Below, one piece after another: positions 1-10,516 of a DNA stretch of 64,000 nucleotides; the stretch's first letter is position 1; each line of letters begins with the position of its first letter. The position numbers and the translations under genes are program-made. Origin of the DNA: Gammaproteobacteria bacterium Ga0077536. GTDB lineage: Bacteria > Pseudomonadota > Gammaproteobacteria > Ga0077536. The DNA lies in NCBI GenBank assembly GCA_001464935.1, contig LNEL01000046.1, positions 3,590-67,589 of the forward strand. The letters run 5' to 3'. Below the pieces are notes generated by a model that had not been told where the DNA came from, searched no databases, and was given only the letters and a program-made list of their open reading frames with translations.

Positions 1-895
1 AGCGCGCCGCTTCGCCGTTGGCCTGGCCCACGGCGACCGCGACCTCATGCGGGCCCGGCGGCAGGATCTGGCGCATGGCGAAGCGCCCGTTGCGATCGAC
101 CGGCACCGACAGGTCAAAGGCCGTCACCGGCGCACCCGGGGCGACCTGCTCACCGCTGACCGTCACCGTGCCGCCGCGCACTGAAATGTTGGAGATCTTC
201 AGCGAGTTCTCGCCCCAGCCGACGAGGCGCTCGCGCGCCGGATCTTCACGGTCGGGCGTGGGCTTCGCGCGGTCGACGACATCGAGCGCCTTGACCGTCG
301 TTTCGTCGAAGCGGCCTCTGGCGTCATAGACGCGCAGCACGTAATGCACCGAGTCCGGCGCGTTCGCCGGCACCGTCCACGTCAGCGCGCCGTCACGCAT
401 GTCGATCGGGAGCACTGCCAGCGGCGCCTGCGCGCTGGTGTCGTCGCGCTCGAACAGCCGGATCTCGGCGCGCTCGATCCAGTACGCATAATTGCTGTAG
501 CCGAGGAATTCGACCGGCTGGCCGCGCACGGCCGCGTTCGGCCACGCCCACGCGTTCAGCATCGGCTTGACCTGCAGCGGATCGAACTTGATCTGGATGT
601 TCGCCTGTTCGAGCGCGACGTCGGTGCGCCGCTGCGCGTCCGGCAGGCTGTCGAAACTCGCGCCCGTCACCGGGCCGTCGACGGGCACCCCGTCGATGCT
701 GATCCGGAACGGCACCGCCGGACTGCCGGCAGCGGGTTTGTCCTCGGTGTTCGGGGCCTGGCCGTGCAGGTAGCTCGAATTGTTCTCGACATACTTGCCG
801 CGGATGTGATCACGTTCCGCGGTGTCAGCTGCGAACGCAGCAGTGCTCACCAACGCGCCGAGGGCGATGAAGAGGGACTTGCGCAGGTGGCTCAT
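1..895 (-). CDS. Large exported/outer-membrane protein (partner of the DUF11 adhesin, OmpA/MotB-associated type), partial, runs off the left edge
   Basis: Not in the ORF track because it is truncated. ATG at 895 overlaps the stop of the 2515-aa gene (ATGA). Reads MSHLRKSLFIALGALVSTAAFAAD (signal peptide) ... YSNYAYWIERAEIRLF ... YVLRVYDARGRFDET and stays open to position 1. Confidence 0.75.
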   Translation of the reverse strand, partial: MSHLRKSLFIALGALVSTAAFAADTAERDHIRGKYVENNSSYLHGQAPNTEDKPAAGSPAVPFRISIDGVPVDGPVTGASFDSLPDAQRRTDVALEQANIQIKFDPLQVKPMLNAWAWPNAAVRGQPVEFLGYSNYAYWIERAEIRLFERDDTSAQAPLAVLPIDMRDGALTWTVPANAPDSVHYVLRVYDARGRFDETTVKALDVVDRAKPTPDREDPARERLVGWGENSLKISNISVRGGTVTVSGEQVAPGAPVTAFDLSVPVDRNGRFAMRQILPPGPHEVAVAVGQANGEAAR

Positions 896-3800
896 GGCAG
901 CGCCCCCCACACTTCGAGCTCGACCGTCAGCGGATAGCAGCAGTCCTGCGCCTCCCACCGCTGCCGGATGTCGGCGGCGAGCGCCGCGGCCTGCACAGTG
1001 TTCTCCGCGCGGTGCGCGATCCGGATCAGGCTCGGCTTCTCTTTCAGCTGTTCGAGCAGCGCCGTGACCTGCGCGCCCCATTCGGGCTTCAGGCTCGTGC
1101 CATCGTCATTGAACGCGTCGGACGTGACCTCGATGCGCACCACCCGATGCAGCGCCGCGCCGAAGTTGATCTTCGTCATCTTGCCGCGCGTGACGCGCAC
1201 ATCGCGCGGGTTCTCGGTGGTCAGCCGATAGCCCGTCGGCAAGGTGCGTTCGTCGACCTTCATCACGAAGTTCGAGCCGCGGTCCATCTGCGGGATCGCC
1301 GCGCAGGCCACGTGGAAGCGGCCTTCGTCGTCGGAGGTGATCAGCAGACCGTTGACGGTCGCGAGGCGCACGTTCGGAATGCCCGGCTCGCCCTGGTCCT
1401 GGTAGCCGTTGAGATTCTGATCGTCGAACACCTTGCCGATCAGATCCGAGCAGTCGAAGGTCGGATCGGGCACCACGCGCACCGTTGCCGTCGCGAGATT
1501 CGACACCTGCGAGTTCGCGAGCGTGTTGATGCCAAAGGCCTGGTTCACGTACTCGCCTTCGCCGACACCGACACCGACGATCAGGATCAGCTTGTAGGTC
1601 TTCGTCTCACCGGCGGCGAAGGTCTGGGCCTGCCAGTTCAGCAGGCGACCATCGACCAGGGGTTCGATTGGCGCGCCGTTGATGGATCCCGAGCCGAGGC
1701 GGTACTTGAAGCCCGGCGGGAGCTGATCGCGCACGTCGATGTTCGTCAGCGGCGAGGACAGCGTGTTGCGCGCCGTGATCGTGTAGGGCACGAGGTCGCC
1801 GCGCGTCACGTTGACCAGCGGCGAGGTCTTCGAGATCACGAGCGCGCCCGAGAGGATCGGATCGAGCGGGATGTGATTGTTCAGCACATCCGCCGAACCA
1901 CCGCTCAGCACGAACGAAAAGAAGTACACGGCCGGCGAGCCCACCGGTGGCGGCGCGCCCGACGGCGACACGAGGAACGGATTCGGCAGTGGGCCGACGG
2001 TCAACGCCCCGGGCTGTGGTGGCAGATTGCCCGACGGCGTCGGCAGGTAGCCGCCCGGCGGCGTGACCTGGATGCCGTAGGTGCCGGCCGGCGCGCCCGG
2101 CAGCAGGATGTACTGGTAGAAGCCGGTGGCGTCGGTGACCTGCGTGACATTGCCGGTGCCGCCGAGCAGATGCACGGCCGGATTGAAGCCGGCCGGGCCG
2201 GTGAAGGTCACGGTCGCACCGCTGACCGGCAGCCGCGTGACCGAGTCGTACACGACGCCGCTCGGGTCGAGCGGCAGATTCTGCTCGATGATGTTCTGGC
2301 CCGGGTTCAGCGTCAGGTTCGCGATCGTGCGCCCGGTCAGATCGACGCCCGGCTCGTTCGACACGGGGTTGCCGTACTGCGCACGGCTCACCGGATGGCG
2401 GAACACGAGTTCGTAGACTTCGCCTGCATTCGTCGTCGGCGGCAGGCCCGTCAGCGTGTAGCGGCCGTTCGCGTCGGTCGTCGCCGTCGCCACCACCACG
2501 CCACCGCGCACCGCTTCGACGATCCAGCCTTCGAGGCCGGGCTCACCGGTCTGCTGCGTGGTGTCGCGCGTGATCGTGTTGTGCCACACGCTGCCCGAGA
2601 TCGTCGCGCCCGGCTGCAGCTGGACGGGATTGTTCGCGGTGTTGTTGCCGTCGAGGCCGGCCGCTTCGCCGCCGCCGGCTACCGTCGCGACATTGATCAG
2701 CGACTGACCCTCGAGCCCGGCCGCGATCGCGACCCTGAGATTGATCGCCGGCAGCGCGCCGCCATTGGCGGCAGCCACTGCGCTCGTCGTGCAGGTGACC
2801 GTGCGGCGGTCACCGCTGACGCCGCAGGTCCATGGTGCATCCGTCGGCGCTGCCACCGCGGTGATGCCGACCGGCAGCGTGTCCGTCACGGTGATCACGC
2901 CCGAGCTCGCCAGCGACCCGATGTTGCTGACGACCAGCGCGTAGTTGCCCAGCGAGCTGTTCGCGGCGAACTGCGTCGGCGCGTTGCTCTTGGCGATCGT
3001 GAGGTCGGTGGCGTTGCCGAGGGTCTCGGCAAAGTCGTTGTCGGCCGAGATCGTGTTGGTCCCGGTCAGATCGATCGCGCTGATCGCGCTCGGCACCACG
3101 CCGACCGCGGTGCCTGTGCCGCCGGTCGAGCCCGGGATCGTCTGGCCGTTGTTGGTGCCCGCCGGCTGCGCCGGCTGCGTCACGGTGTAGGTGCCGGGCG
3201 GCAGGCCGGTGAACGCGTAGCTGCCATCGGCGCCGGTCGTCGTCGTCGCCGTCACGGGATTGCCGTTGATGTCGGTGCCCGTCAGCGTGAGCGTCTGGCC
3301 GGTGATGCCGTGATCGGGGCCGTTGACCGCGCCGCTGTCGTCGAAGTCGAGGAACACGCGGCCGGAGATCACCCGCCCGTTCGGGATCTCCGCGAAGTTG
3401 TTGTTGACGGACGCCGTGTTCGGCGGCAGCACGATGTTGCTGATGCGGCTCGGCGTGACGGCGACGGCCGTCGGCGTGCCCGGCGTGCCGCCGTTCGGCA
3501 CGGCACCGGCGATGGTCTGTCCGTTCGAGGTCTGCGGCGGCTGCGCCGGCTCGCGCACGGAGTAGGTGCCAGGTGCGAGAGTCGTGAAGCTGTAGTTGCC
3601 GCTCGCATCCGTGACAGTCGTCGCGATGACCGTGCCGCCTGCGTCGAGCAGTTCAATCGTCACGCCCGGAATCACGCTGTCGGCGCCGTTGCGCACGCCG
3701 TTGTTGTTCTGATCGAGGAACACCGTGCCGGCGATACTTGAAGTCGCGACTTCGGCGAAATCGTTGTCGGGCGAGTTGCTGACGAGGCCACCGCCGTCGC

Positions 3801-6800
3801 GGTTCAGCACGATGTTGCTGATCGCGCTCGGCGCGGTGCCGATGGCCGACGCCGTGCCGGCGGTGCCGCCGGCCGCACCCACGATCGGGCCGGCGGTCGT
3901 GATGCCGTTCTGCGTGCCCGGCGGCTGCGTCGGCTCGGTGACGGTGTAGCTGCCGGCGTTCAGCCCCGTGAACGCGTAGTTGCCGAGCGCGTCGGTGACG
4001 ACAGAGCGCGACACGGCGACGTCGTCGCCGCCGCCCGCCACACCGTCGGGACCGAAGTCGGTGCCGGTCAGTGTGATGGTCTGGTTCGCGATCGGATCGT
4101 CGGTCCCGCTCTGGAAGGTGCCGTCCGGCGTGAGGTTGTTGTCCTTGAACACGCGCCCGGCGATGAAGCCGAGCGGGCTCACGACGAGGTCCGCCGTCGC
4201 CGGCGCCGGGTTGCTGCCGCCGTTGGTCTGCAGCGCGTTCGCGGCGATGAAATTGCTGTGCGTGCCGTTCGTGGCACCCGTCACGTTGACGCTGATCGTG
4301 CAGCCACCCGCCGGAATCGTCGCGCCGTTCGCGTAGCGCACGAAACCGGACCCGGCAGTGGCCGTGACAGACCCGAGCGTACAGGTGCCCGCGAGACCAT
4401 TCGGCGTGGCGACGACCAGATTGCCCGGCGCGGTCGGCAGCGTGTCGATCAGATCGGCGGTCAGCGTGAGGGCCGTGGCGTTCTCATTGCCGAGTTCGAT
4501 CGTCAAGGTCGAGGTGCCACCGGCATTGATCGACGGCGGATTGAACGCTTTCGCGATCGTCGGCGGTGACGACACCGTCACGTCGTCCGTGGCCGGCTCG
4601 TCGTTGGTCACCCCTTCTGCCGAGCTCAATGCAGAGGCCGGAATGGTGTTGACGTAGTTGCCGGGCGTGTTGCTGACGGTGTCGACGCGGAACTGGCAGG
4701 CACCACCGGCCGGGATCGTCGCGCCGGCCAGCGACACGCTGGTCGCGGACGCCGGGGCGGTGACGGCGACGGTCGCGCCGCCGCAGGTCGTCGACGCGTT
4801 CGGCACCAGCGCGACCGCGAGGCCCGCCGGCAGGGTGTCCGTCAGGCTCGCCGCCGTGAGATTCACGGTGTTCGGGTTGCTGATCGTGATGGTCAGCGTC
4901 GACGGCGAGCCCGGCGCGACGACCGCCGGCACGAGGGTCTTCGCAATGCCAGCGGCCGCGCGCACTTCGAGCGTCGCGGTGACATCGGGCGGTTCGTTCG
5001 CGATCGGCACGCCACCGGCGAGCGCGGTGACCGCGCCGGCCGGGATCACGTTCTCGAAGGTGCCGGCGGCGGCGGCGAAGACATCGATCTCCGCGTCGCA
5101 GCTCGTGGTGCCGCCGGTCGGCGCCGCGGGCAGGGTGCCGCCGCTGACGCGCACGGAAGTCGTCGTCGGCGCCGTGACGCTGCCGCCGACGCAGGTCGTC
5201 GTCGGGTTCGCGCCCGGCGGCACGACGAGGCCGGCCGGCAGTGTGTCGGTGACGTCGATCGCCGTCAGCGGCACCGCGAGCGGATTGATGAAGCGCAGGC
5301 GCAGGCGCGAGCGCTGGCCGGGCGCTATCGTCGGCGGCGTGAAGCTCTTCTGCGTGCCGAGGCGCGCGAGCGTCGCGAGACTGCTGACCGTCGACAGCGT
5401 GTTGGTGACGCCCTCGGCGGTCGTCACCGCGTTCGCCGGAATGGTGTTCTGAATCGTGCCGACGACGGTCGTCGTGACGTCGACGCTGACCGTGCAGGAG
5501 TCGCCCGCGTTGCCGCTCGCCGCGAGCTGGGCACCGGCGAGCGAGAACTGCGTGCCGTTCGTGGTCGCCGTCACGACGCCGCCGGGGCAGGTCGTCGTTG
5601 CCGCCGGCGTCGCCGCGACGCGCATGCCGTTCAGCGTGCCGGACGACAGCCCGTTGGTGGTGAAGAAGTCCGTGACCGCGAGATTCGTCAGCGCGAGACC
5701 GCCGGTGTTCAGCAGGGTCAGCGTGGCCGTGGCGGCCTGGCCGGGCGCGGTGATCGAGTTCGGGTTGATGCTCTTGTTGACGACGACACCACCGGCCGAC
5801 TTCGCCAGCGTCGCGGTGACGGGCGTGGTGTTCTGCACGCCGCCGGCGGCGGTGACGTTGCCGGGCGGAATCGTGTTCACCGAATTCGCGCCGCTCGAGG
5901 CCGTCACGTCGACGAGCGCCTCGCACTGCCCGCCCGGCGGAATCTCGGCGCCGGTCAGCGTGAAGCTCGCCGCGCCGGCCGTCGCACCGAGCACCGGCGC
6001 GCCCGCGCAGGTCGTCGCGGCATTCGGCGGACTGGCGATCGTCATGTCCGCCGGCAGCGGATCGGTGAACGACACATTGCTCAGCGTGCCGGTGCCGATG
6101 TTGCCGAGGCGCACCGCGAGGCGCGACACGCCGCCGGCCTGCACGGTGGCCGGTGCGAACGCCTTGCTCGCCGTCAGCGCGGGCGTCAGCGTCAACGGCG
6201 CGCTCGTGTCATTCGGGAAGGTGACGGCGCGCGTGCTCGCGTCCGGCAGCGTCTCGGTCGCCACCAGCGAGTTCGCGGGAATGATGTTCGTGTACGAACC
6301 GGCCGGTCCGCTGACGTTCACGCGCAGCACGCAGCTGCCCGGCGCGCCGAGACCGCCGCCGGTGCGCGCGGGGATGGTCGCGTTCTGGATGCGCACGGAC
6401 GATGCGCCCGGCGTCGCGGTGATGGTCGGGCCGCCGGCACAGGTCGTCGAGGCGTTCGCGGGACTGGCGATCACCACCTGGGTCAGCGGCGGACCGGCGA
6501 GGCTGGGCAGGGTGTCGGTGAGGTCCACGCCCGTCAGCGTGTTCGCCGAGTTGTTGCTGAGCGTGATCGTCAGCTGCGACACGCCGCCTTCGGACAGCGT
6601 GCCCGGGCTGAAGGCCTTGGCGAGCGGCGCGGTGTTGACGATGGTCGTCCGCGCGGTGTCGGACGGGCCGCTGTTGCAGATCGCGCCGGCGCCGCAGGTG
6701 CCGGCAGTCTTCACGGTGTTCGCCGGCAGCACGTTGTCGAAGTTCGTGCCGGCGGTCGCCGCGAGCGGCGTCTGCGCGGAAAACGTGATCGTGCACAGGC

Positions 6801-8439
6801 CGGGGCTGCCGGCCGTGCCGGCCGGCATGTCGAAGCTGAACAGCGGTGCAGTCGCGGTCGAGAAATCGCTCGTGAACGATCCGCAGCCGGCGCTGATCGT
6901 CGGCACCGGCGTGGCGACGGCGGCGACGCCGCCGGGCAGGTTGTCGGTGAAACTCACGCCGGCGAGCGTGCCGCCGGTGAAGTTGCGCACGGTGACGGTG
7001 TAGGTCACGAGATTGCCGGGCGCGACGGTCGTCGGGCTGACGGCCTTGCTGACCGTCAGCTGGTCGTTGACCGTCACCGTGTCCGACGCGGCGGGGCTGA
7101 TGAAGCCGTCCGTGTTGCCGACGGCGCCGGCGGCGATGCTGTTGCTGAAGGTCTGCGGCGCACCGGCGACGGGCAGGGTCGCGGTGTAGGGCACGGTGAT
7201 CGTGCAGCTGCCGTTCGCGGGAATGGCGCCACCGGTGAGTTCGATGCCGGTGTTGCCGGCGGTGGCGGCGGACACACCGCCGCAGGTGTTGGTCACTGCG
7301 CCGGTGACGGCGAGGCCGGCCGGAGATCCGATCGGATCGTCGGTGAAATTGGTCAGGGTGATCGCAGTCGCCGGCCGATCGTTGCTGAGCGTGATCGTCA
7401 GATTCGTCTGCTGGCCGGCGCGCACCGGGTTCGGCGAAAAGGACTTCGCAACGCGCAGCGGTGAGTTGACCGTCAGCGTGTCGCTCGCGTTCGCGGTCGG
7501 CACGAGGCCGCGCGTGTTGCCGACGTCGGCCGCGTTCAGAGTGTTCAGCAGCGCCTGGCTGCCGGTGGCGCCGGCGGTGGTGCCGATGACGTCCACTTCG
7601 ATCAGACAGGTGCCGGAGCGGCCGATGGCGCCGCCGGTCAGCGTCAGCGTGGTGTCGCCCGCGTTCGGTGCGAACGTGCCGTTCGAACTGCCGGTGCCCG
7701 TGCAGTTCACGCTCGCGTTCGGCACCGGCGCCACTTCCATGCCGGCCGGCAGGTTGTCGGTGACGGTCGTCAACGGCAGGTTCGCCGTCGAGTTCGGATT
7801 CGTGATCGTCAGCAGCAGCGTCGACGGCTCGTCGTCCTGCACGACGCTGTCGGGCGTGAAGACCTTGGCCAGCGCGGGAGGCTGCAGCGTCAGCACCGTG
7901 AAGCTCTGCGCGGCAGCCGAGCCGTTGGTCTGCGCTGCGCCGTCGTCACCGGTGACGGCGCCGATCGGAATGGTGTTCGTCGGTGCGGTGCCGCCGGCGG
8001 TGGAGGTCACTTCGACCACGATGTCGCAGCTGCCGAGCGCGCCGCCGCCGGGCGCGGCCGGGATCGTGCCGCCGACCAGATCGAAGGTATTCGCGCCGAC
8101 GACCGCCGTGACGGTGCCGCCGCAGGTGTTCGCGATGAGACCGCCACCGGCGACCGTGATCGCCGCTGCGGCCATGTTGTCGGTGAACGCGACGTTGGTG
8201 ACGGCGGCGCCGGGGTTGTCGTTCGTCAGCGTGATGCGGAAGGCCGTGATGTCGCCGGGCACGATGGTGCTCGGGTAGGCCTGCTGCGTGTTGTCGATAC
8301 TCTTGGAGACGGCGATCGCGGCCCCGGCGTCGACGGCGACGACGGTCAGGAACAGGCCGGACAATGCCGCGACGAGCGCGCGTGCGCGACGGACAGGCGC
8401 GTTGGCGCGTGCCTCTGAAGACAAGTTGGTATGGGCCAA
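892..8439 (-). CDS. Giant surface adhesin-like protein with ~10 Cys-paired DUF11-like repeats, SdrD B-like repeats and DUF11 domains
   Basis: 2515 aa with signal peptide. Ten repeats of pattern xxK(S/A)FxPxxVxxGxxSxLTITxxN...TDxLPxG...TTCxG...C...NxIP, then IxGxVFxDxxxxG SdrD-B-like repeats and a C-terminal FDCSDLIGKVFDDQNLNGYQD region. Confidence 0.9.
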   Translation of the reverse strand: MAHTNLSSEARANAPVRRARALVAALSGLFLTVVAVDAGAAIAVSKSIDNTQQAYPSTIVPGDITAFRITLTNDNPGAAVTNVAFTDNMAAAAITVAGGGLIANTCGGTVTAVVGANTFDLVGGTIPAAPGGGALGSCDIVVEVTSTAGGTAPTNTIPIGAVTGDDGAAQTNGSAAAQSFTVLTLQPPALAKVFTPDSVVQDDEPSTLLLTITNPNSTANLPLTTVTDNLPAGMEVAPVPNASVNCTGTGSSNGTFAPNAGDTTLTLTGGAIGRSGTCLIEVDVIGTTAGATGSQALLNTLNAADVGNTRGLVPTANASDTLTVNSPLRVAKSFSPNPVRAGQQTNLTITLSNDRPATAITLTNFTDDPIGSPAGLAVTGAVTNTCGGVSAATAGNTGIELTGGAIPANGSCTITVPYTATLPVAGAPQTFSNSIAAGAVGNTDGFISPAASDTVTVNDQLTVSKAVSPTTVAPGNLVTYTVTVRNFTGGTLAGVSFTDNLPGGVAAVATPVPTISAGCGSFTSDFSTATAPLFSFDMPAGTAGSPGLCTITFSAQTPLAATAGTNFDNVLPANTVKTAGTCGAGAICNSGPSDTARTTIVNTAPLAKAFSPGTLSEGGVSQLTITLSNNSANTLTGVDLTDTLPSLAGPPLTQVVIASPANASTTCAGGPTITATPGASSVRIQNATIPARTGGGLGAPGSCVLRVNVSGPAGSYTNIIPANSLVATETLPDASTRAVTFPNDTSAPLTLTPALTASKAFAPATVQAGGVSRLAVRLGNIGTGTLSNVSFTDPLPADMTIASPPNAATTCAGAPVLGATAGAASFTLTGAEIPPGGQCEALVDVTASSGANSVNTIPPGNVTAAGGVQNTTPVTATLAKSAGGVVVNKSINPNSITAPGQAATATLTLLNTGGLALTNLAVTDFFTTNGLSSGTLNGMRVAATPAATTTCPGGVVTATTNGTQFSLAGAQLAASGNAGDSCTVSVDVTTTVVGTIQNTIPANAVTTAEGVTNTLSTVSSLATLARLGTQKSFTPPTIAPGQRSRLRLRFINPLAVPLTAIDVTDTLPAGLVVPPGANPTTTCVGGSVTAPTTTSVRVSGGTLPAAPTGGTTSCDAEIDVFAAAAGTFENVIPAGAVTALAGGVPIANEPPDVTATLEVRAAAGIAKTLVPAVVAPGSPSTLTITISNPNTVNLTAASLTDTLPAGLAVALVPNASTTCGGATVAVTAPASATSVSLAGATIPAGGACQFRVDTVSNTPGNYVNTIPASALSSAEGVTNDEPATDDVTVSSPPTIAKAFNPPSINAGGTSTLTIELGNENATALTLTADLIDTLPTAPGNLVVATPNGLAGTCTLGSVTATAGSGFVRYANGATIPAGGCTISVNVTGATNGTHSNFIAANALQTNGGSNPAPATADLVVSPLGFIAGRVFKDNNLTPDGTFQSGTDDPIANQTITLTGTDFGPDGVAGGGDDVAVSRSVVTDALGNYAFTGLNAGSYTVTEPTQPPGTQNGITTAGPIVGAAGGTAGTASAIGTAPSAISNIVLNRDGGGLVSNSPDNDFAEVATSSIAGTVFLDQNNNGVRNGADSVIPGVTIELLDAGGTVIATTVTDASGNYSFTTLAPGTYSVREPAQPPQTSNGQTIAGAVPNGGTPGTPTAVAVTPSRISNIVLPPNTASVNNNFAEIPNGRVISGRVFLDFDDSGAVNGPDHGITGQTLTLTGTDINGNPVTATTTTGADGSYAFTGLPPGTYTVTQPAQPAGTNNGQTIPGSTGGTGTAVGVVPSAISAIDLTGTNTISADNDFAETLGNATDLTIAKSNAPTQFAANSSLGNYALVVSNIGSLASSGVITVTDTLPVGITAVAAPTDAPWTCGVSGDRRTVTCTTSAVAAANGGALPAINLRVAIAAGLEGQSLINVATVAGGGEAAGLDGNNTANNPVQLQPGATISGSVWHNTITRDTTQQTGEPGLEGWIVEAVRGGVVVATATTDANGRYTLTGLPPTTNAGEVYELVFRHPVSRAQYGNPVSNEPGVDLTGRTIANLTLNPGQNIIEQNLPLDPSGVVYDSVTRLPVSGATVTFTGPAGFNPAVHLLGGTGNVTQVTDATGFYQYILLPGAPAGTYGIQVTPPGGYLPTPSGNLPPQPGALTVGPLPNPFLVSPSGAPPPVGSPAVYFFSFVLSGGSADVLNNHIPLDPILSGALVISKTSPLVNVTRGDLVPYTITARNTLSSPLTNIDVRDQLPPGFKYRLGSGSINGAPIEPLVDGRLLNWQAQTFAAGETKTYKLILIVGVGVGEGEYVNQAFGINTLANSQVSNLATATVRVVPDPTFDCSDLIGKVFDDQNLNGYQDQGEPGIPNVRLATVNGLLITSDDEGRFHVACAAIPQMDRGSNFVMKVDERTLPTGYRLTTENPRDVRVTRGKMTKINFGAALHRVVRIEVTSDAFNDDGTSLKPEWGAQVTALLEQLKEKPSLIRIAHRAENTVQAAALAADIRQRWEAQDCCYPLTVELEVWGALP

Positions 8440-8779
8440 GCCCGCGATCCCCTGCTGGCGACGCCGGCCGTGGCCGTCATCGCCCCCTATCCTTTATCGA
8501 TACGCCGGGGAGTGTGGCGGGCTGGTGAATGTGCGTGCGACCAGCCCTGGTCTCCGTCGGCGCGACCCCTGCGCCCGCTGTTCGTCGATGTTTCGATCTG
8601 TTTGATGCGTCGCGGTCGGCAGTCTAGCAACTGCGGAATCGGCAGCGCGAGGGCGTTATTTGGCCAATTTGGGCCTGAATTCAGCTGATTTCGCTTGAAT
8701 GGCTCGTGCCAGTTCGATTCAGCGCAAAACAATGTCACGACGGCCGTGGCGCCTGCTCACCCGGCATAAGTCGAATGCA

Positions 8780-9325
8780 TTAAGCGTCTCGCGCTGGCCG
8801 CCCGCTGCCGAGCACCTCCGCTACGACGGCCCAGGCCGCCCGCTTGCGCGCTTCGGGAATCGACGCGTTCGCCGGACTCGTCGAGGGCAGGCTCAGGTAG
8901 TCGAGCGTGTGGGCCGCGACCGATGGCGCCACGTGGCGCCGGAAACTCGCGGCGGCGGTCGCGCCGTTGAAGCACACGGTGGTCAGCCGGCGATGGCGCG
9001 CGAAGAAGCCGGCGAAGTCGTTGACCACGATGCTGCGCGCGTCGATGCGGGCATCGAGGCTGCCGGGCCGGCGACAGGCGCCAATCACGTCCCACAGCGC
9101 GACGCCTGCGGCCTTGAGGGCCCGCACGCGCGCGGCGTACGGCAGCGCCGGATCGAAGTCGAGCAGCTCGGCCAGCAACGGCCAGAAGAGATTGCGCGGA
9201 TGCGCATAGTACTGACCGGCGGCAAGTGACGCCGCGCCCGGCATGCTGCCGAGGATCAGCACGCGCGCCGCCGGGTTGGCGATCGGAGGCAGACCTTGCA
9301 GCAGTGGGCCGGTCACGCACAGCAC
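8780..9325 (-). CDS. DNA-deoxyinosine glycosylase (uracil-DNA glycosylase superfamily)
   Basis: LILGSMPGAASL..QYYAHPRNLFW, LWDV, GSLD, FNG and LPSTSPANA motifs. Confidence 0.9.
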   Translation of the reverse strand: MLCVTGPLLQGLPPIANPAARVLILGSMPGAASLAAGQYYAHPRNLFWPLLAELLDFDPALPYAARVRALKAAGVALWDVIGACRRPGSLDARIDARSIVVNDFAGFFARHRRLTTVCFNGATAAASFRRHVAPSVAAHTLDYLSLPSTSPANASIPEARKRAAWAVVAEVLGSGRPARDA

Positions 9326-9398
9326 CTCGCGTCGGCGGTGGAGGATGAAGGCGGCAGTCTAAATGGCCGATCGCCAATCCGCGCCACTCACGGAATCC

Positions 9399-9523
9399 GC
9401 TGACGCAGGAAACCCGACGCGCACGCCCTGACGGCGCTGCCGGCCCGTGCTCGAGGTCGCCGCCGGCCGGGAGCGATGGGGTGCTGCCGGAAACGCCGAC
9501 GCTGGGCTTCCTGCGTCAGCCCA
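9399..9523. repeat. REP family B inverted doublet (degenerate)
   Basis: GCTGACGCAGGAAACCCGAC ... CTGGGCTTCCTGCGTCAGCCCA; matches the copy at 51628-51766. Confidence 0.7.
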
Positions 9524-9568
9524 CCGGTGATGAGTCCGCTGCCTCGCCCGGCGCTGATGAGAGCTCAG

Positions 9569-9658
9569 GTAGCCCGGGTGCAACGCAGTGGAACACGGGA
9601 TCTGCGCGAGCTGACCGGCCGCTCCCGGGATCCGCGCTGCGCGCTACTCCCAGGCTGC
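9569..9658. repeat. REP family A inverted doublet (degenerate)
   Basis: GTAGCCCGGGTGCAACGCAGTGGAACACGGGA ... TCCCGGGATCCGCGCTGCGCGCTACTCCCAGGCTGC; GTAG head. Confidence 0.65.
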
Positions 9659-9819
9659 TTCTTGCCAGGCGCATGCACTTTCACGGCAACCTCCGCGATG
9701 AACCCAGGTTTTCAGATCGTTCGCGCCTGCGTCGACGCGCGCCGCAGGCCCGCGCGAATGCGTCGGCGACGCGGCGTTCAGGATTCCGCGCGCTGTGGCC
9801 ATGTGATACCGTCGGACGG

Positions 9820-10494
9820 ATGAAGTCGCAGTCCGTGGTTGCGCCACGACGCAACAAGTCCCGCTCATTACAGAGGCCGTCAGAGATGCCGGGCACACGC
9901 GCTTCGAAACCGTCCAGAGACGGTGGAGAAGTGCCGATCAGGATCGGAACGCGCCTGAAGCATGCGCGCCTGGTCAAAGGCTACCTGATCCGCGATGTCG
10001 CGAAACAGTCGGGCTGCTCCGTCAGCCTGATCTCGAAGATCGAAAACGATCACGTCACGCCGTCACTGACCCTGCTGCATCGCCTTGTCGGCGTGCTCGA
10101 GATCAATATCGGCGCGCTGTTCGAACAGCCGGACGATTCGCTCGGCATCGTGTTTCGCAGCGGCGCGCGGCCCGTCATCGCTGTCAACGACGGCACCGCC
10201 GACGGCGCAAGCGTCAAGCTCGAGCGCATCGTGCCCTATGGCGACGGCCATCTGCTGCAGGGAAATGTGCACATCATCGAGCCCGGTGCCGGCAGCGCCG
10301 GCGGCATGCGCCATGTCGGTGAGGAAGTGGGCTATGTGCTCGAAGGCAGCCTGGCGCTGACCGTCGATGGCCAGACCTTCCAGCTCGAGTCCGGTGACGC
10401 CTTCGTGTTCAATTCGAACCGCGAACACAGCTACCGCAATCCCGGCAGCACGGTGACACGCGTGCTCTGGATCAACACGCCGCCGACATTCTGA
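9820..10494 (+). CDS. XRE-family HTH transcriptional regulator with C-terminal cupin
   Basis: IGTRLKHARL..VAKQSGCSVSLISKIEND..PSL HTH; HVGEEVGYVLEG and HSYRNPG cupin motifs. Start uncertain (9820 or 9886). Confidence 0.88.
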   Translation: MKSQSVVAPRRNKSRSLQRPSEMPGTRASKPSRDGGEVPIRIGTRLKHARLVKGYLIRDVAKQSGCSVSLISKIENDHVTPSLTLLHRLVGVLEINIGALFEQPDDSLGIVFRSGARPVIAVNDGTADGASVKLERIVPYGDGHLLQGNVHIIEPGAGSAGGMRHVGEEVGYVLEGSLALTVDGQTFQLESGDAFVFNSNREHSYRNPGSTVTRVLWINTPPTF

Positions 10495-10516
10495 TCCGGC
10501 GTCGGCCGTCGACGCC

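Noticed and set aside
1012-8278. Long + strand ORFs (909, 515, 360 aa) within the adhesin
   Set aside because: Antisense shadows of a high-GC repetitive gene; no motifs.
8695-8720. TGGCACGAGCCATTCAA as a sigma54 promoter for the adhesin
   Set aside because: Has TGGCAC but lacks the -12 GC at the required spacing.
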